A stretch of DNA of 64,000 nucleotides from Clostridia bacterium (GCA_017454525.1 JAFTCT010000081.1:3036-67035), one strand, 5' to 3'; shown: positions 36,624 to 45,556, counted from the first letter of the stretch. Numbers and translations: made by a program. The notes: generated by a model not told the origin, from the sequence alone.

Positions 36624-37355
36624 TTACGGCTCTCTTAGCAGATCCTTCACGACCTCCGACGCGATGAGCAGTCCCGCCGCCGGCGGAACGAAGGAAACGC
36701 TCCCGGGGACCGCGCGGCGCTTTTCCCCCACTTCGGGCGCCGTAAAGACCTTTTGCGGCTCCTCTTTGGAATAAACGACCTTGAGATTTTTAATTCCGCG
36801 CTTGCGCAGTTCGATGCGCATGACGCGCGCGAGCGGGCAGACCGACGTTTTTGAAATATCGGCGATCTCGAGGCGCGAGGGGTCGAGTTTGTTGCCGGTG
36901 CCCATAGAGGAGATGACCGGCACGCCGGCTTTCCGCGCCGCCGTGATCAGAGCGATCTTTGCCGTCACGGTGTCGATGGCGTCGACGATATAATCAAACG
37001 ACGGAAAATCGAACGTACCGACGTTCTCGGGCAGAACGAAGGTTTTATAGAGATTCACGACGGTATCGGGATCGATATCGTGAATGCGGTCCCCGAATAC
37101 GTCGACCTTGTATTTCCCGACGGTGGAGGTCAGCGCGATGATCTGACGGTTGATATTGCTCTCGCTGACCGTATCGCTGTCGACGAGCGTGAACGTCCCG
37201 ACGCCCGCGCGCGCCAGCGCTTCGACGGCGTACCCGCCGACGCCCCCGACGCCGAACACCGCGACGTGCGCGCTCCTCAGTTTTTTCATTCCGTTTGCGC
37301 CGAGCAGAAGCTCCATGCGTTCATAGCGCTTTGACGCTTGTCGTTCTTCCTTCAT
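36624..37355 (-). CDS. tcdA: tRNA threonylcarbamoyladenosine dehydratase (ThiF/E1-like)
   Basis: Rossmann motif VAVFGVGGVGGYAVEALARAGVG with TcdA/CsdL-like length and layout. The start overlaps the topB stop by 4 nt. Confidence 0.8.
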   Translation of the reverse strand: MKEERQASKRYERMELLLGANGMKKLRSAHVAVFGVGGVGGYAVEALARAGVGTFTLVDSDTVSESNINRQIIALTSTVGKYKVDVFGDRIHDIDPDTVVNLYKTFVLPENVGTFDFPSFDYIVDAIDTVTAKIALITAARKAGVPVISSMGTGNKLDPSRLEIADISKTSVCPLARVMRIELRKRGIKNLKVVYSKEEPQKVFTAPEVGEKRRAVPGSVSFVPPAAGLLIASEVVKDLLREP

Positions 37356-39808
37356 TTCTTATACCCTGCGATCTCTTTTTCCAGTTCCTTCGGCGTTTGC
37401 GGCGTTCCGTCATGAAAGGGGATGCGGAAGGCGCAGCCCTCCCTGTAACCGGCGCAGCCGTAAGCGGTTTTGCCTTTGAGGATCTTTTTGCCGCAAAGCG
37501 GGCAGAGAAGCGCCGGAGCGGTCTTGGGTGCGCGCGCGTTTTCGGCGCTTTGCGCGGCAGCCGGTCCTTTTTCGCGCGTCGGTTTCTGCGAACGCGCCGT
37601 TTTTTTGTCGTCTTCAAAATCGAAGACGACGGAGCCGCTCTCGTCGATCTTCAGCGCGCCCGAGAAGGTCTTTCCGGTTTTCTTGGAATAGAATCCGTAC
37701 AGAACGCCGGTATTCTTCTGCTCCAACAGTTTCTTCGCTTCCTCGGCGGAGATCACTCTCCCGCAGATCACTGTTCCGAAAATGAAGGGGCAGGAGCCGT
37801 CGGACGGCGCCTTTTTCGCCGCTTCCTTCTTTTTGGTCGGTTTCTTCGGCTTCTCCTTTTCTTCCTTCGGCTTATACTTTTCGCAGAGATAGTAGCGCCC
37901 TTTGCGGCGCACGTCGCCGCCGCATACGGGGCATACGCCGACGATCATGTCGCGCTCGCCGATGTCCGGCAGACTCTTGCCTTTTTCAAACACCGCCGAG
38001 ATCTGCTCCTTTGCAAGCTCGACGCTCTCCTCCACCGTGCTTTTCCCGTGGAATACCTTTTTTAAGGAAACGCCCAGTTCGCTCGTTTTGTACTTGTCCA
38101 TCGAGATCTGCATCCGGTCGAGCGATTCGATGAAGAATTCTCCGTCGGGCAGGATATAGTAGGTGTCCTTCTTTAAGGAGATATAGCGGCTCTTGATCGC
38201 GTTTTCGATGATGCCGGTGCGCGTCGCCTCGGTGCCGAGTTCCAGACCCTCGAAGATCGCCTTATAGTCCTCCGTATCGTCCTCGCTCTCATCCTCCGTC
38301 TGCTCTTTGGCGGCGGCTTTCTCTTCCTTGAAGGGATTTTTTAAGTAGTTGTTGAGCGTTTCGATCGTATAGTGCTTCGGCGGAGCCGTCTCCTTTTCGG
38401 TCGGTTTGAAGTCGATATTGACGCTTTCGCCTTTCTTGAGATCCGGCAGCGTTTTATCCTTGACCGGTCGGTCGTCGTATTTCGTCCAGCCCGGCTCGAG
38501 GATGACCGTTCCCTTCAGGGTGAAGGTCTCGAGATCCCCGACCGCGATCTCGATCTCGGTTCTCGATACCATGCATTTTTCGGCGCAGAAAACGGCGATG
38601 AAGCGTCTGAACACCGTGCTGTACACCTGCTTCTCCTTTTCGGAGAGTTTTTTGGGATCGGGGATCTTGTAGGTCGGCGTGAGGGCGGAGTGCGATTCGA
38701 TCTTGCTGTCGTCGAAAACGCCCTTGTCGTGGCGCATGGCGACGGGATAGCCGAGTTTTTTCACCGCTTCCAGGATCTGCTGCACCTTTCCTTTTTCGGC
38801 GGTCGCCATATACTCGGAGTTGGTGCGCGGGTAGGTGAGATACCCCTGCTCATAGAGCCGCTGAACGATCTCAAGAGACTCGTTCATCGGCATTTTGAAT
38901 TTCTTTCCCAGGACGTTCTGCAGTTTGGACAGCGAATAGAGTTTGCCCGGGGACAGCGTTTCCTTCTTGTTCTTGACGGACGTCACGACCGCGCCCGCCT
39001 CGTTGTATTTGCGGCAGAGATCCGCCGCCTTCTGAATTTCCTGCGTTTCAAAGCGGTTTTTGGAGAGCAGTTCGACGACCTCGCCGTGCGTTTTTTCCTT
39101 GGAGAGGATCGCGAGATACTTTCCGGGCACGAAATTGCGGATCGCCAGATCGCGCTCGTAGATCGCGCGCACGATCGGCGCGATCACGCGTCCCACGCGC
39201 AGGAGCACGCCGGTGCGCAGCGTGGCGTAGCGCGTCAGGTTGATGCCGTAGAGCCAGTCGATATAGGTGCGTGCGAACCCTTCGCTTGCCAGCAGATCGT
39301 ATTCCTTTTCATCCTTGAGGTCGGCGAGCGCCGCTCGGACGGTCTGCGGCGTCTGATCGGGCAGCCACAGGCGCCGTCGGGGTTTGTCCGCCGCCTTTTC
39401 TCCGCGCAGGGCGTTCTCGATGCAGAGGCGGATGATGATCTCGCCCTCTCTGTCGGCGTCTCCCGCGTTGACGATCTCGGTCACGTCATTGCGCAGACAG
39501 AGCGATTTGATGATCTGAAACTGCCTGATCACGCCCTTGTCCTCTTCGCCCTTGTCGCCTTTGCGCAGTTCGAAAAGGAATTTCTCGGGGAAGCAGGGAA
39601 GATTGTCCATCGTCCAGTTCTTTTCCGTCCGGTTCCCGCCGGGCGTTTTGTCGTACGCTTCGACGTCGCACAGTGAGAAGAGATGCCCGAACGCCCAGGT
39701 GATGATATACCCGTTTCCTTCCAGATATCCGTCGTGTTTATTCATTTGTCCGATCCCGGCGGCGATGTTGCGCCCGAGGCTCGGTTTCTCTGCGATAATC
39801 AGAATCAT
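37352..39808 (-). CDS. topB: DNA topoisomerase III with C-terminal zinc-ribbon/lysine-rich extension
   Basis: Toprim N-terminus MILIIAEKPS, active-site region GYLTYPRTNS. The C-terminus carries CPVCGGDV...C, KPKEEKEKPKKPTKKKEAAKK and CPLCGKK...GCAGYREGC. Confidence 0.9.
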   Translation of the reverse strand: MILIIAEKPSLGRNIAAGIGQMNKHDGYLEGNGYIITWAFGHLFSLCDVEAYDKTPGGNRTEKNWTMDNLPCFPEKFLFELRKGDKGEEDKGVIRQFQIIKSLCLRNDVTEIVNAGDADREGEIIIRLCIENALRGEKAADKPRRRLWLPDQTPQTVRAALADLKDEKEYDLLASEGFARTYIDWLYGINLTRYATLRTGVLLRVGRVIAPIVRAIYERDLAIRNFVPGKYLAILSKEKTHGEVVELLSKNRFETQEIQKAADLCRKYNEAGAVVTSVKNKKETLSPGKLYSLSKLQNVLGKKFKMPMNESLEIVQRLYEQGYLTYPRTNSEYMATAEKGKVQQILEAVKKLGYPVAMRHDKGVFDDSKIESHSALTPTYKIPDPKKLSEKEKQVYSTVFRRFIAVFCAEKCMVSRTEIEIAVGDLETFTLKGTVILEPGWTKYDDRPVKDKTLPDLKKGESVNIDFKPTEKETAPPKHYTIETLNNYLKNPFKEEKAAAKEQTEDESEDDTEDYKAIFEGLELGTEATRTGIIENAIKSRYISLKKDTYYILPDGEFFIESLDRMQISMDKYKTSELGVSLKKVFHGKSTVEESVELAKEQISAVFEKGKSLPDIGERDMIVGVCPVCGGDVRRKGRYYLCEKYKPKEEKEKPKKPTKKKEAAKKAPSDGSCPFIFGTVICGRVISAEEAKKLLEQKNTGVLYGFYSKKTGKTFSGALKIDESGSVVFDFEDDKKTARSQKPTREKGPAAAQSAENARAPKTAPALLCPLCGKKILKGKTAYGCAGYREGCAFRIPFHDGTPQTPKELEKEIAGYKK

Positions 39809-39840
39809 TGATTTTTCCTTACATCGTTATTTCAAAAATC

Positions 39841-39869
39841 AGTATAACCGAAAGAAGGGGATTTGTCAA
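39841..39869 (-). promoter_or_regulatory. Sigma-A type promoter (TTGACA-17-TATACT) for topB-tcdA
   Basis: Reverse complement: -35 at 39864-39869, -10 at 39841-39846. Confidence 0.6.
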
Positions 39870-39908
39870 CAAAAAACTCCGCTTCTCCGGAAAAACGGAA
39901 AGCGGAGT
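39870..39908 (-). terminator. Rho-independent terminator after upp
   Basis: Stem actccgctt / aagcggagt followed on the - strand by TTTTTT. Confidence 0.8.
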
Positions 39909-39923
39909 ACAGATTTATTTCTG

Positions 39924-40553
39924 TTATTTCGTGCCGAACAGTCTGTCGCCGGCGTCGCCGAGACCCGGGAGGATATAGGCGTGATCGTTGAGCTTTTCGT
40001 CGATCGCCGCCGTGTATATATCGACGTCGGGGTGATCGTTCTGCACCTTCCTCAGTCCTTCGGGCGCGGAGACCAGACACATCAGACGGATCGATTTGCA
40101 TCCGCGCTTTTTGAGCATCGTCAGCGCGTCGGACGCCGAACCGCCGGTGGCGAGCATCGGGTCGGCGACGATCACGATGCGGTTCTCGATATCGGGCGGC
40201 AGTTTGCAGTAGTACTCTACGGGCAGATGCGTTTCGGGATCTCTGTAAAGACCGATGTGACCGACCCTTGCGACGGGCACGAGCGACAGAAGTCCGTCGA
40301 CCATGCCGAGCCCCGCGCGCAGGATCGGAACGATGGCGAGTTTCTTGCCCGACACTTCTTTCGCGACCGTCTTCTGAAGGGGCGTTTCGATCTCAACGTC
40401 GTCAAGCGGCAGATCCCTGGTCAGTTCGTAGCCCATGAGGCAGGAGATCTCTTCAAGAAGTTCTCTGAAATCCTTGGTGCTGGTGTCTTTCTTGCGCATG
40501 ATCGTCAATTTGTGCTGGATCAGCGGGTGGTCGATCACATGAACCGTGCTCAT
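39924..40553 (-). CDS. upp: Uracil phosphoribosyltransferase
   Basis: [21 protein letters not shown]-terminus and PRPP loop [15 protein letters not shown] 40553 follows AAGGAGAG; the track start at 40607 is rejected. Confidence 0.95.
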   Translation of the reverse strand: MSTVHVIDHPLIQHKLTIMRKKDTSTKDFRELLEEISCLMGYELTRDLPLDDVEIETPLQKTVAKEVSGKKLAIVPILRAGLGMVDGLLSLVPVARVGHIGLYRDPETHLPVEYYCKLPPDIENRIVIVADPMLATGGSASDALTMLKKRGCKSIRLMCLVSAPEGLRKVQNDHPDVDIYTAAIDEKLNDHAYILPGLGDAGDRLFGTK

Positions 40554-40611
40554 ATTTCTCTCCTTGCTCTGACGCGTATTTCTGAATTTCGGTAGTTCCC
40601 CGATCAAGATT

Positions 40612-40639
40612 ATTATACACCTTTTTCGGTGAATTGCAA
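40612..40639 (-). promoter_or_regulatory. Sigma-A type promoter (TTGCAA-16-TATAAT) for upp
   Basis: Reverse complement: -35 at 40634-40639, -10 at 40612-40617. Confidence 0.55.
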
Positions 40640-40663
40640 TAGTTTAGGACAAAAAAATGCTGA

Positions 40664-40711
40664 CGAAAAAAGCGGGTGTTCCGCTTGCGGAACTGTGCAA
40701 ACGGAACACCC
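40664..40711 (-). terminator. Rho-independent terminator
   Basis: 10-bp stem gggtgttccg / cggaacaccc followed on the - strand by GCTTTTTTC. Confidence 0.8.
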
Positions 40712-40725
40712 GGTCTGTCACAAGA

Positions 40726-41838
40726 TCACTTTGTGAAGACTTTCTTCGTCACGACGACGGCGGTGCCGAGGATCGCGGCGATCGCGAGCGCGGCGATCAC
40801 GGCGGTGTTGTCACCGGTATCGACGACGGGCGGATTGGTATTGCCCTGAGATGCGACGCCGTCAAAGGCAACGTCGGCAACGCACGCCCAGCAGTCGCCT
40901 TCCCAGGAGACGATCTTGATCTTGACGGCGTCAGCGGCAACGGGCGCGTCAAGAGTCAGCGTGTAGCCGCCGTCGGTGCCGGTCACCGCGGGGATCTCGG
41001 CGACGAGAGTTTCTTCTTCATCGTTGACGGCGAAGATCTGATAGGTGCCTCTCGTGTTGTCTTCGTTGGTGGTCGTTCCTTCATCCTTGCACTGAACGAA
41101 GATCTTCGAGAGATCGTACTTCTTGATGAAGGTCACGAGGACCGACTGCTCGGCGCCTGCGTTGAAGCCCGAGCCGGTCACGGAGTTCTGATCCATATCC
41201 AGAACGTTTTCGGGATCGTTGATCGCTCCGAAGTTCGCAAAGCCGATGGTGGTCACTTCCTTGACCTTGACCTGCGTGTCGTCGGTGGGATCAGGTTCCT
41301 TTTCACCGATCTGCGCGGAGAGCGTCATATCGTAAACCGCTCCGCCGACCGCGTTGCAGAAACGGACGCAGACGACGTTTTCGCCGTCCTTAAGAACGTC
41401 TTTGTACTCGGACAGGTCGACCTTCTGATACCTCTGATCCTGATAGCCGGTCTTCTCCCAGACGAGCGTGCCGTTGATGTACACGGCGGGATCCTCGTCA
41501 TAGATCACGGTCATGATCAGTTCGGTCACTTTCGAAGCTTCTTCAAGCGTGAAGGTCTTGCGCAGGAAAGCGGTGAAATTCCCGCTGGGGAAAACGGTGA
41601 CCGCGATAGCGTTTGTCCAGGAGCTTCCGGAGAAGGGCGCCTGTGCGGTCTCCCAGGTCGCGCTGTCGGTTTTGTCGAGCCAGCCGGCGGGCGCTTCCGC
41701 GTCGCTCTCTTCTTCAAAGAGAACGTAATCCCAATCGGATTCCTTCGCGATGAGTTCGACTTCCTCAGCCGAAGCGCACAGCGTGAAGATCCCGAGGAGC
41801 ATTGCCAGTGTCAAAACGATGATGAGTGCTTTTTTCAT
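40726..41838 (-). CDS. Exported, C-terminally tail-anchored protein with galactose-binding-like jelly-roll module
   Basis: Signal peptide MKKALIIVLTLAMLLGIFTLCASA. Module: KESDWDYVLF...WETAQAPF...FLRKTFTLEE...VIYDEDPAVYINGTLVW...GENVVCVRF. C-terminal TM segment AVIAALAIAAILGTAVVV plus TKKVFTK. No LPXTG. Confidence 0.7.
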   Translation of the reverse strand: MKKALIIVLTLAMLLGIFTLCASAEEVELIAKESDWDYVLFEEESDAEAPAGWLDKTDSATWETAQAPFSGSSWTNAIAVTVFPSGNFTAFLRKTFTLEEASKVTELIMTVIYDEDPAVYINGTLVWEKTGYQDQRYQKVDLSEYKDVLKDGENVVCVRFCNAVGGAVYDMTLSAQIGEKEPDPTDDTQVKVKEVTTIGFANFGAINDPENVLDMDQNSVTGSGFNAGAEQSVLVTFIKKYDLSKIFVQCKDEGTTTNEDNTRGTYQIFAVNDEEETLVAEIPAVTGTDGGYTLTLDAPVAADAVKIKIVSWEGDCWACVADVAFDGVASQGNTNPPVVDTGDNTAVIAALAIAAILGTAVVVTKKVFTK

Positions 41839-41925
41839 GGTTAGTATCTCCTTTTATTTTCAGGAACCGTTATGGATCCCTTTTTTCAGTGCGGTCCGGA
41901 AAAGTACGTTACGGCAGGACGCCCG

Positions 41926-43398
41926 TTACTTTTTCACCTTTTTGATGATGATGAATGCCGCGGCTCCGAGAACGACCACGCCGATCGCGACGATCGCGAT
42001 GATCAGACCGACGTTCGTCGTTTTTACGGGGGTCGGCTCCGGCGTAGGTTCAGCGGTCGGTTCCGCCGTGGGCTCGGCGGTCGGCTCCGCCGTGGGCGTC
42101 GGTTCCGCCGTGGGTTCTGCCGTCGGCGTAGGCGTAGGTGTAGGCGTGGGGGTCGGCGTGGGCGTCGGCGTGGGGGTCGGCGTCGGCGTGGGGGTCGGCG
42201 TGGGCGTCGGTGTAGGTGTCGGCGTAGGAGTCGGCGTAGGCGTAGGCGTGGGCGTCGGCGTGGGGGTCGGCGTGGGCGTCGGTGTAGGCGTCGGCGTCGG
42301 CGTAGGAGTCGGCGTCGGCGTGGGGGTCGGCGTAGGCGTCGGCGTAGGCGTGGGCGTCGGCTCGGTATGCGGATCCGTATCGATCTCCGCTACAAGTTCC
42401 ATATCGAAAACCGCGCCGCCGAAGGTGTTGTCAAAGTAAACGCTGACGGTGTTCTCACCGTTCTTCAGAAGACCGATGCAATCGTCAAGGTCGATATCTA
42501 TGTACGACTTATCCTTGTAGCCGGATTCGTACCACACCTGATGACCGTTGATGAACACGGCGGGGTTTTCGTCGTAAACGACGTTCATGGTGAGGTGCTT
42601 GAAGGTCTCAAGGTTTTTGACGTTGAAGGTCCTGAAGAGATAGGCGGCAAAATACTGATAGGGAAGTTTGGTATTGCCGAGGGGGTTGGACCACTGCGGC
42701 GCGGTGAAGGGCGCCTGGGCGCTGATCCACTCGGTGATATCCACGGCGTCCGGCCAGCCCGCGGGTTCGTCCGCGTCGGGAAGTTCGTTTTCTCCGCCTT
42801 CAAAGATGATGAAATTCCAATCGGATTCTCTGGGCAGAAGGGTGTCAAATACTCTGACGTCGCCGGATGCGACCAGCTCCATATCGAAGACCGATCCGCC
42901 GAAAGCGTTTCTGAAGACGACGCTGACGGTGTTTTCGCCCGCTTTGAGCGCCGAAATCGCGTTTTCATCCATGATGTAGGTAACGTAATCCTGATCTCTG
43001 TAGCCGTTGGCGGACCAGACGCGAACGCCGTTGAAATAGACTTCGGGGTCCTCGTCGAAGATCACGTTCAGCGTCAGCGATTTGACGTTGGCGGGATCGT
43101 CGAGCGTGAAGGTCGTGCGCAGGTACGCGGTGAAATTGCCGTACTCGAAGATCGTGTACGCAAGAGAATTCGGCCAGGCGGAACCGGCAAAAGGCGCCTG
43201 ATCGGTCAGCCATTCTCCGGATACGCTCATGTCGGTCCAGCCGTCCGGCTCGCCCCCGTCTTCCTCGTAGACAATGAAGTCCCACATGGATTCTCTGGGG
43301 AGAAGAACGGTCTCACCTGCCTGTGCGCAAAGCGGCGCCCAGATCATCACTCCGGCAAAAACCGAAATGATCAGCAGCAACGATAACGCTTTTTTCAT
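41926..43398 (-). CDS. Exported, tail-anchored protein with two jelly-roll modules and a (Pro-Thr)40 / AEPT linker
   Basis: ATG 43398 (MKKALSLLL) follows GGAGG. Two copies of the same module as the downstream gene (PRESMWDF... and PRESDWNF...). PT linker, then a C-terminal TM segment plus KKVKK. Confidence 0.7.
   Translation of the reverse strand: MKKALSLLLIISVFAGVMIWAPLCAQAGETVLLPRESMWDFIVYEEDGGEPDGWTDMSVSGEWLTDQAPFAGSAWPNSLAYTIFEYGNFTAYLRTTFTLDDPANVKSLTLNVIFDEDPEVYFNGVRVWSANGYRDQDYVTYIMDENAISALKAGENTVSVVFRNAFGGSVFDMELVASGDVRVFDTLLPRESDWNFIIFEGGENELPDADEPAGWPDAVDITEWISAQAPFTAPQWSNPLGNTKLPYQYFAAYLFRTFNVKNLETFKHLTMNVVYDENPAVFINGHQVWYESGYKDKSYIDIDLDDCIGLLKNGENTVSVYFDNTFGGAVFDMELVAEIDTDPHTEPTPTPTPTPTPTPTPTPTPTPTPTPTPTPTPTPTPTPTPTPTPTPTPTPTPTPTPTPTPTPTPTPTPTPTPTPTPTPTPTAEPTAEPTPTAEPTAEPTAEPTAEPTPEPTPVKTTNVGLIIAIVAIGVVVLGAAAFIIIKKVKK
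42028..42360 (-). repeat. Low-complexity coding repeat: 40 consecutive Pro-Thr codon pairs (42121-42360) followed by AEPT/PEPT units (42028-42120)
   Basis: On the + strand this reads (CGN/AGG/GGG)(CGT/TGT/GGT/AGT) hexamers. I read the triplets one by one, and every pair decodes as Pro-Thr on the - strand with varied third positions. Confidence 0.9.
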
Positions 43399-43471
43399 TT
43401 TGTTTTCCTCCAGTAGTTTTTCGATATGACCCGCGTCCCGCGGGGAAAACACTTTTTTGTACGGACAGGAA

Positions 43472-45274
43472 TCATTCTCCGTCTTTCGCGTCGGGAATGA
43501 CCGCGATGCCCAGCACCGCCAGATCCGCGGGGTCGGCGGGGGAAGGACACTGCGACATGAGTTCCGAAGCGTTCTGCACCTTCGGGAAGGCGATCACGTC
43601 CCTCAGATTGTCCGCGCCGCACATGATCATGGCGAGTCTGTCAAGACCCATGCCCGATCCGCCGTGCGGCGGCGCGCCGTATTTGTACGCTTCCACAAGG
43701 AAGCCGAATTTCCTTTCGATGTCCTCCTCGGTCAGCCCGAGCGCCTTGAACATCTTTTCCTGCAATTGCCAGTCGGTGATGCGGATCGAGCCGGAGAGCA
43801 GTTCGGTGCCGTTGAGCACCATATCGTAGCAGCGGGCGCGCACCTTTCCGGGATCGCTTTCAAGGTAGGGCAGACACTCCTCAAGCGGCATCGTGAAGGG
43901 ATGATGCATCGCGTCCCAGTGCGCCGTTTCCTCGTTCCATTCAAAGAATGGGAATTCGGTGATCCAGAGAAAATCGTATCTGCCTTCCGCGATCAGGTTC
44001 AATTTCCTTGCAAGGATCGTGCGGACGGCGCCCAAAACCGGCAGAACGACCTTGTTCTTATCGGCGCAGAAGAGGGCGACGTCGCCTTTCTTCATGCCGA
44101 GCGCCGCGATAAGGGAAGCAAGTTCCTCTTCGGACAGGAATTTTGCAAAGGAGCAGTTCGGCTGATCATCCTGCCAGCGGATATACGCCAGGCCTTTCGC
44201 GCCGATGCCCTTCGCGTGCTCGACGAGTTTGTCGATCTCCTTGCGCGTCAGTACAGCCGCCGCGTTTTCCGCGACGATCGCGCGTACGCTGCCGCCCTCC
44301 GCGAGAGCGGAAGCGAAGACCGGGAAGGCGCTTGAGGCGACGGTTTCAGACAGGTCCTTGATGAGCATCCCGTAGCGGGTGTCGGGCTTGTCGGAGCCGT
44401 AGAAGTTCATTGCGTCCGCGTAGGTCATGCGGCGCATGGGAAGCTGAACGTCCACGCCCAAGATCTCTTTGAACGCGCGGGCGATAAAACCCTCGTTCAT
44501 CTTCATGATGTCTTCCTGGGTCGCGAACGACATCTCCAGGTCTATCTGTGTGAATTCGGGCTGACGGTCGGCGCGCAGGTCCTCGTCGCGGAAGCAGCGC
44601 GCGAGTTGGATGTAGCGGTCGAAACCCGCGAGCATCAGAAGCTGCTTGTAGATCTGCGGCGACTGGGGAAGGGCGTAGAAGCATCCCTTGTGGATCCTCG
44701 AGGGCACGAGATAGTCGCGCGCGCCTTCGGGCGTGGACTTGATCATCATCGGCGTCTCGATCTCATAGAAGCCGTTCTCATAGTAGTACTGACGGGCGAC
44801 TTTCGCGAGTTCGTGACGGATGCGGATGTTCTTTTGAAGTTCGGGACGTTTGAGATCGAGATATCTGTAGCGAAGGGCGGTCTCGTCCTTCACTTTTCTG
44901 GTATCGGAGACTTCGAAAGGAGGTGTCTGCGCGGCGGAGAGGATCTTCAGTTCCTTCACAAAGATCTCCACTTCGCCCGTTTTCATATTCACGTTGACGG
45001 CGCCTTCTCCCCTGTGGCGTACAACGCCTTTGGCGCAGAGCACGTACTCCGCGCGCACGCCGAACGCCTTATCGAAGATCCCGCGGTCGCTCTCGCTGTC
45101 AAAGGCGAGCTGAACGATGCCGGTGCGGTCGCGCAGGTCGATAAAGATGAGCGCGCCCAGGTCCCTCTGTCTCTGACACCAGCCCATGACGCAGACTTCT
45201 TTTCCGATATCGGCGGCGGTGAACTCACCGCAGTATTTGGTTCTTTTGTCGTTTTCTGTTAAAAACTCCGCCAT
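43472..45274 (-). CDS. aspS: Aspartate--tRNA ligase
   Basis: Class II motifs FRDEDLRADRQPEFTQID and GGSGMGLDRL, plus an OB anticodon-binding N-terminus. ATG 45274 (MAEFLT) follows GGAGG. Confidence 0.95.
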   Translation of the reverse strand: MAEFLTENDKRTKYCGEFTAADIGKEVCVMGWCQRQRDLGALIFIDLRDRTGIVQLAFDSESDRGIFDKAFGVRAEYVLCAKGVVRHRGEGAVNVNMKTGEVEIFVKELKILSAAQTPPFEVSDTRKVKDETALRYRYLDLKRPELQKNIRIRHELAKVARQYYYENGFYEIETPMMIKSTPEGARDYLVPSRIHKGCFYALPQSPQIYKQLLMLAGFDRYIQLARCFRDEDLRADRQPEFTQIDLEMSFATQEDIMKMNEGFIARAFKEILGVDVQLPMRRMTYADAMNFYGSDKPDTRYGMLIKDLSETVASSAFPVFASALAEGGSVRAIVAENAAAVLTRKEIDKLVEHAKGIGAKGLAYIRWQDDQPNCSFAKFLSEEELASLIAALGMKKGDVALFCADKNKVVLPVLGAVRTILARKLNLIAEGRYDFLWITEFPFFEWNEETAHWDAMHHPFTMPLEECLPYLESDPGKVRARCYDMVLNGTELLSGSIRITDWQLQEKMFKALGLTEEDIERKFGFLVEAYKYGAPPHGGSGMGLDRLAMIMCGADNLRDVIAFPKVQNASELMSQCPSPADPADLAVLGIAVIPDAKDGE

Positions 45275-45325
45275 TTTTATGATACCTCCGTTACGGTCGG
45301 ATAGCAACGTATAAACTTACACTCT

Positions 45326-45353
45326 ATTATAGCATTTTTAAGGAAAAAAGCAA
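45326..45353 (-). promoter_or_regulatory. Sigma-A type promoter with extended -10 (TTGCTT-16-TGcTATAAT) for aspS
   Basis: Reverse complement: -35 at 45348-45353, -10 at 45326-45331. Confidence 0.55.
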
Positions 45354-45527
45354 TAGAAAAAACAAAAAAACGCGTCCGGGGCGACAAAAAAACGCGTCCG
45401 GAGCGTCAAAAAACAAGTCGTCGGTAAAAAGCGCGCCGCGCGTTTCGTCGATATTCTCAATTTTGCTCTGTCGGAACGGCGCGTTTTTTTGAAATAAGCC
45501 GAAAATCGCCGGACGCTTCAAAAGGAC

Positions 45528-45556
45528 TTTACAATTTTAAGAATAAGTGTTATAAT
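45528..45556 (+). promoter_or_regulatory. Sigma-A type promoter with extended -10 (TTTACA-17-TGtTATAAT)
   Basis: Hexamers at 45528-45533 and 45551-45556 with TG at 45548-45549. Confidence 0.65.

Noticed and set aside
42028-42360. A periodic GGCGTN-type repeat that could be mistaken for a CRISPR array, microsatellite or intergenic repeat.
   Set aside because: The period is 6 nt with no spacers. It sits in frame inside a CDS and decodes perfectly as (Pro-Thr)40 plus AEPT units, so it is a coding linker.
43399-43471. Hairpin cccgcg-tcc-cgcggg between aspS and the surface-protein gene, considered as the aspS terminator.
   Set aside because: The T-run follows the hairpin only on the + strand, while the genes are on the - strand. 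It is therefore not a convincing intrinsic terminator for aspS, and read-through into the downstream gene is more likely.
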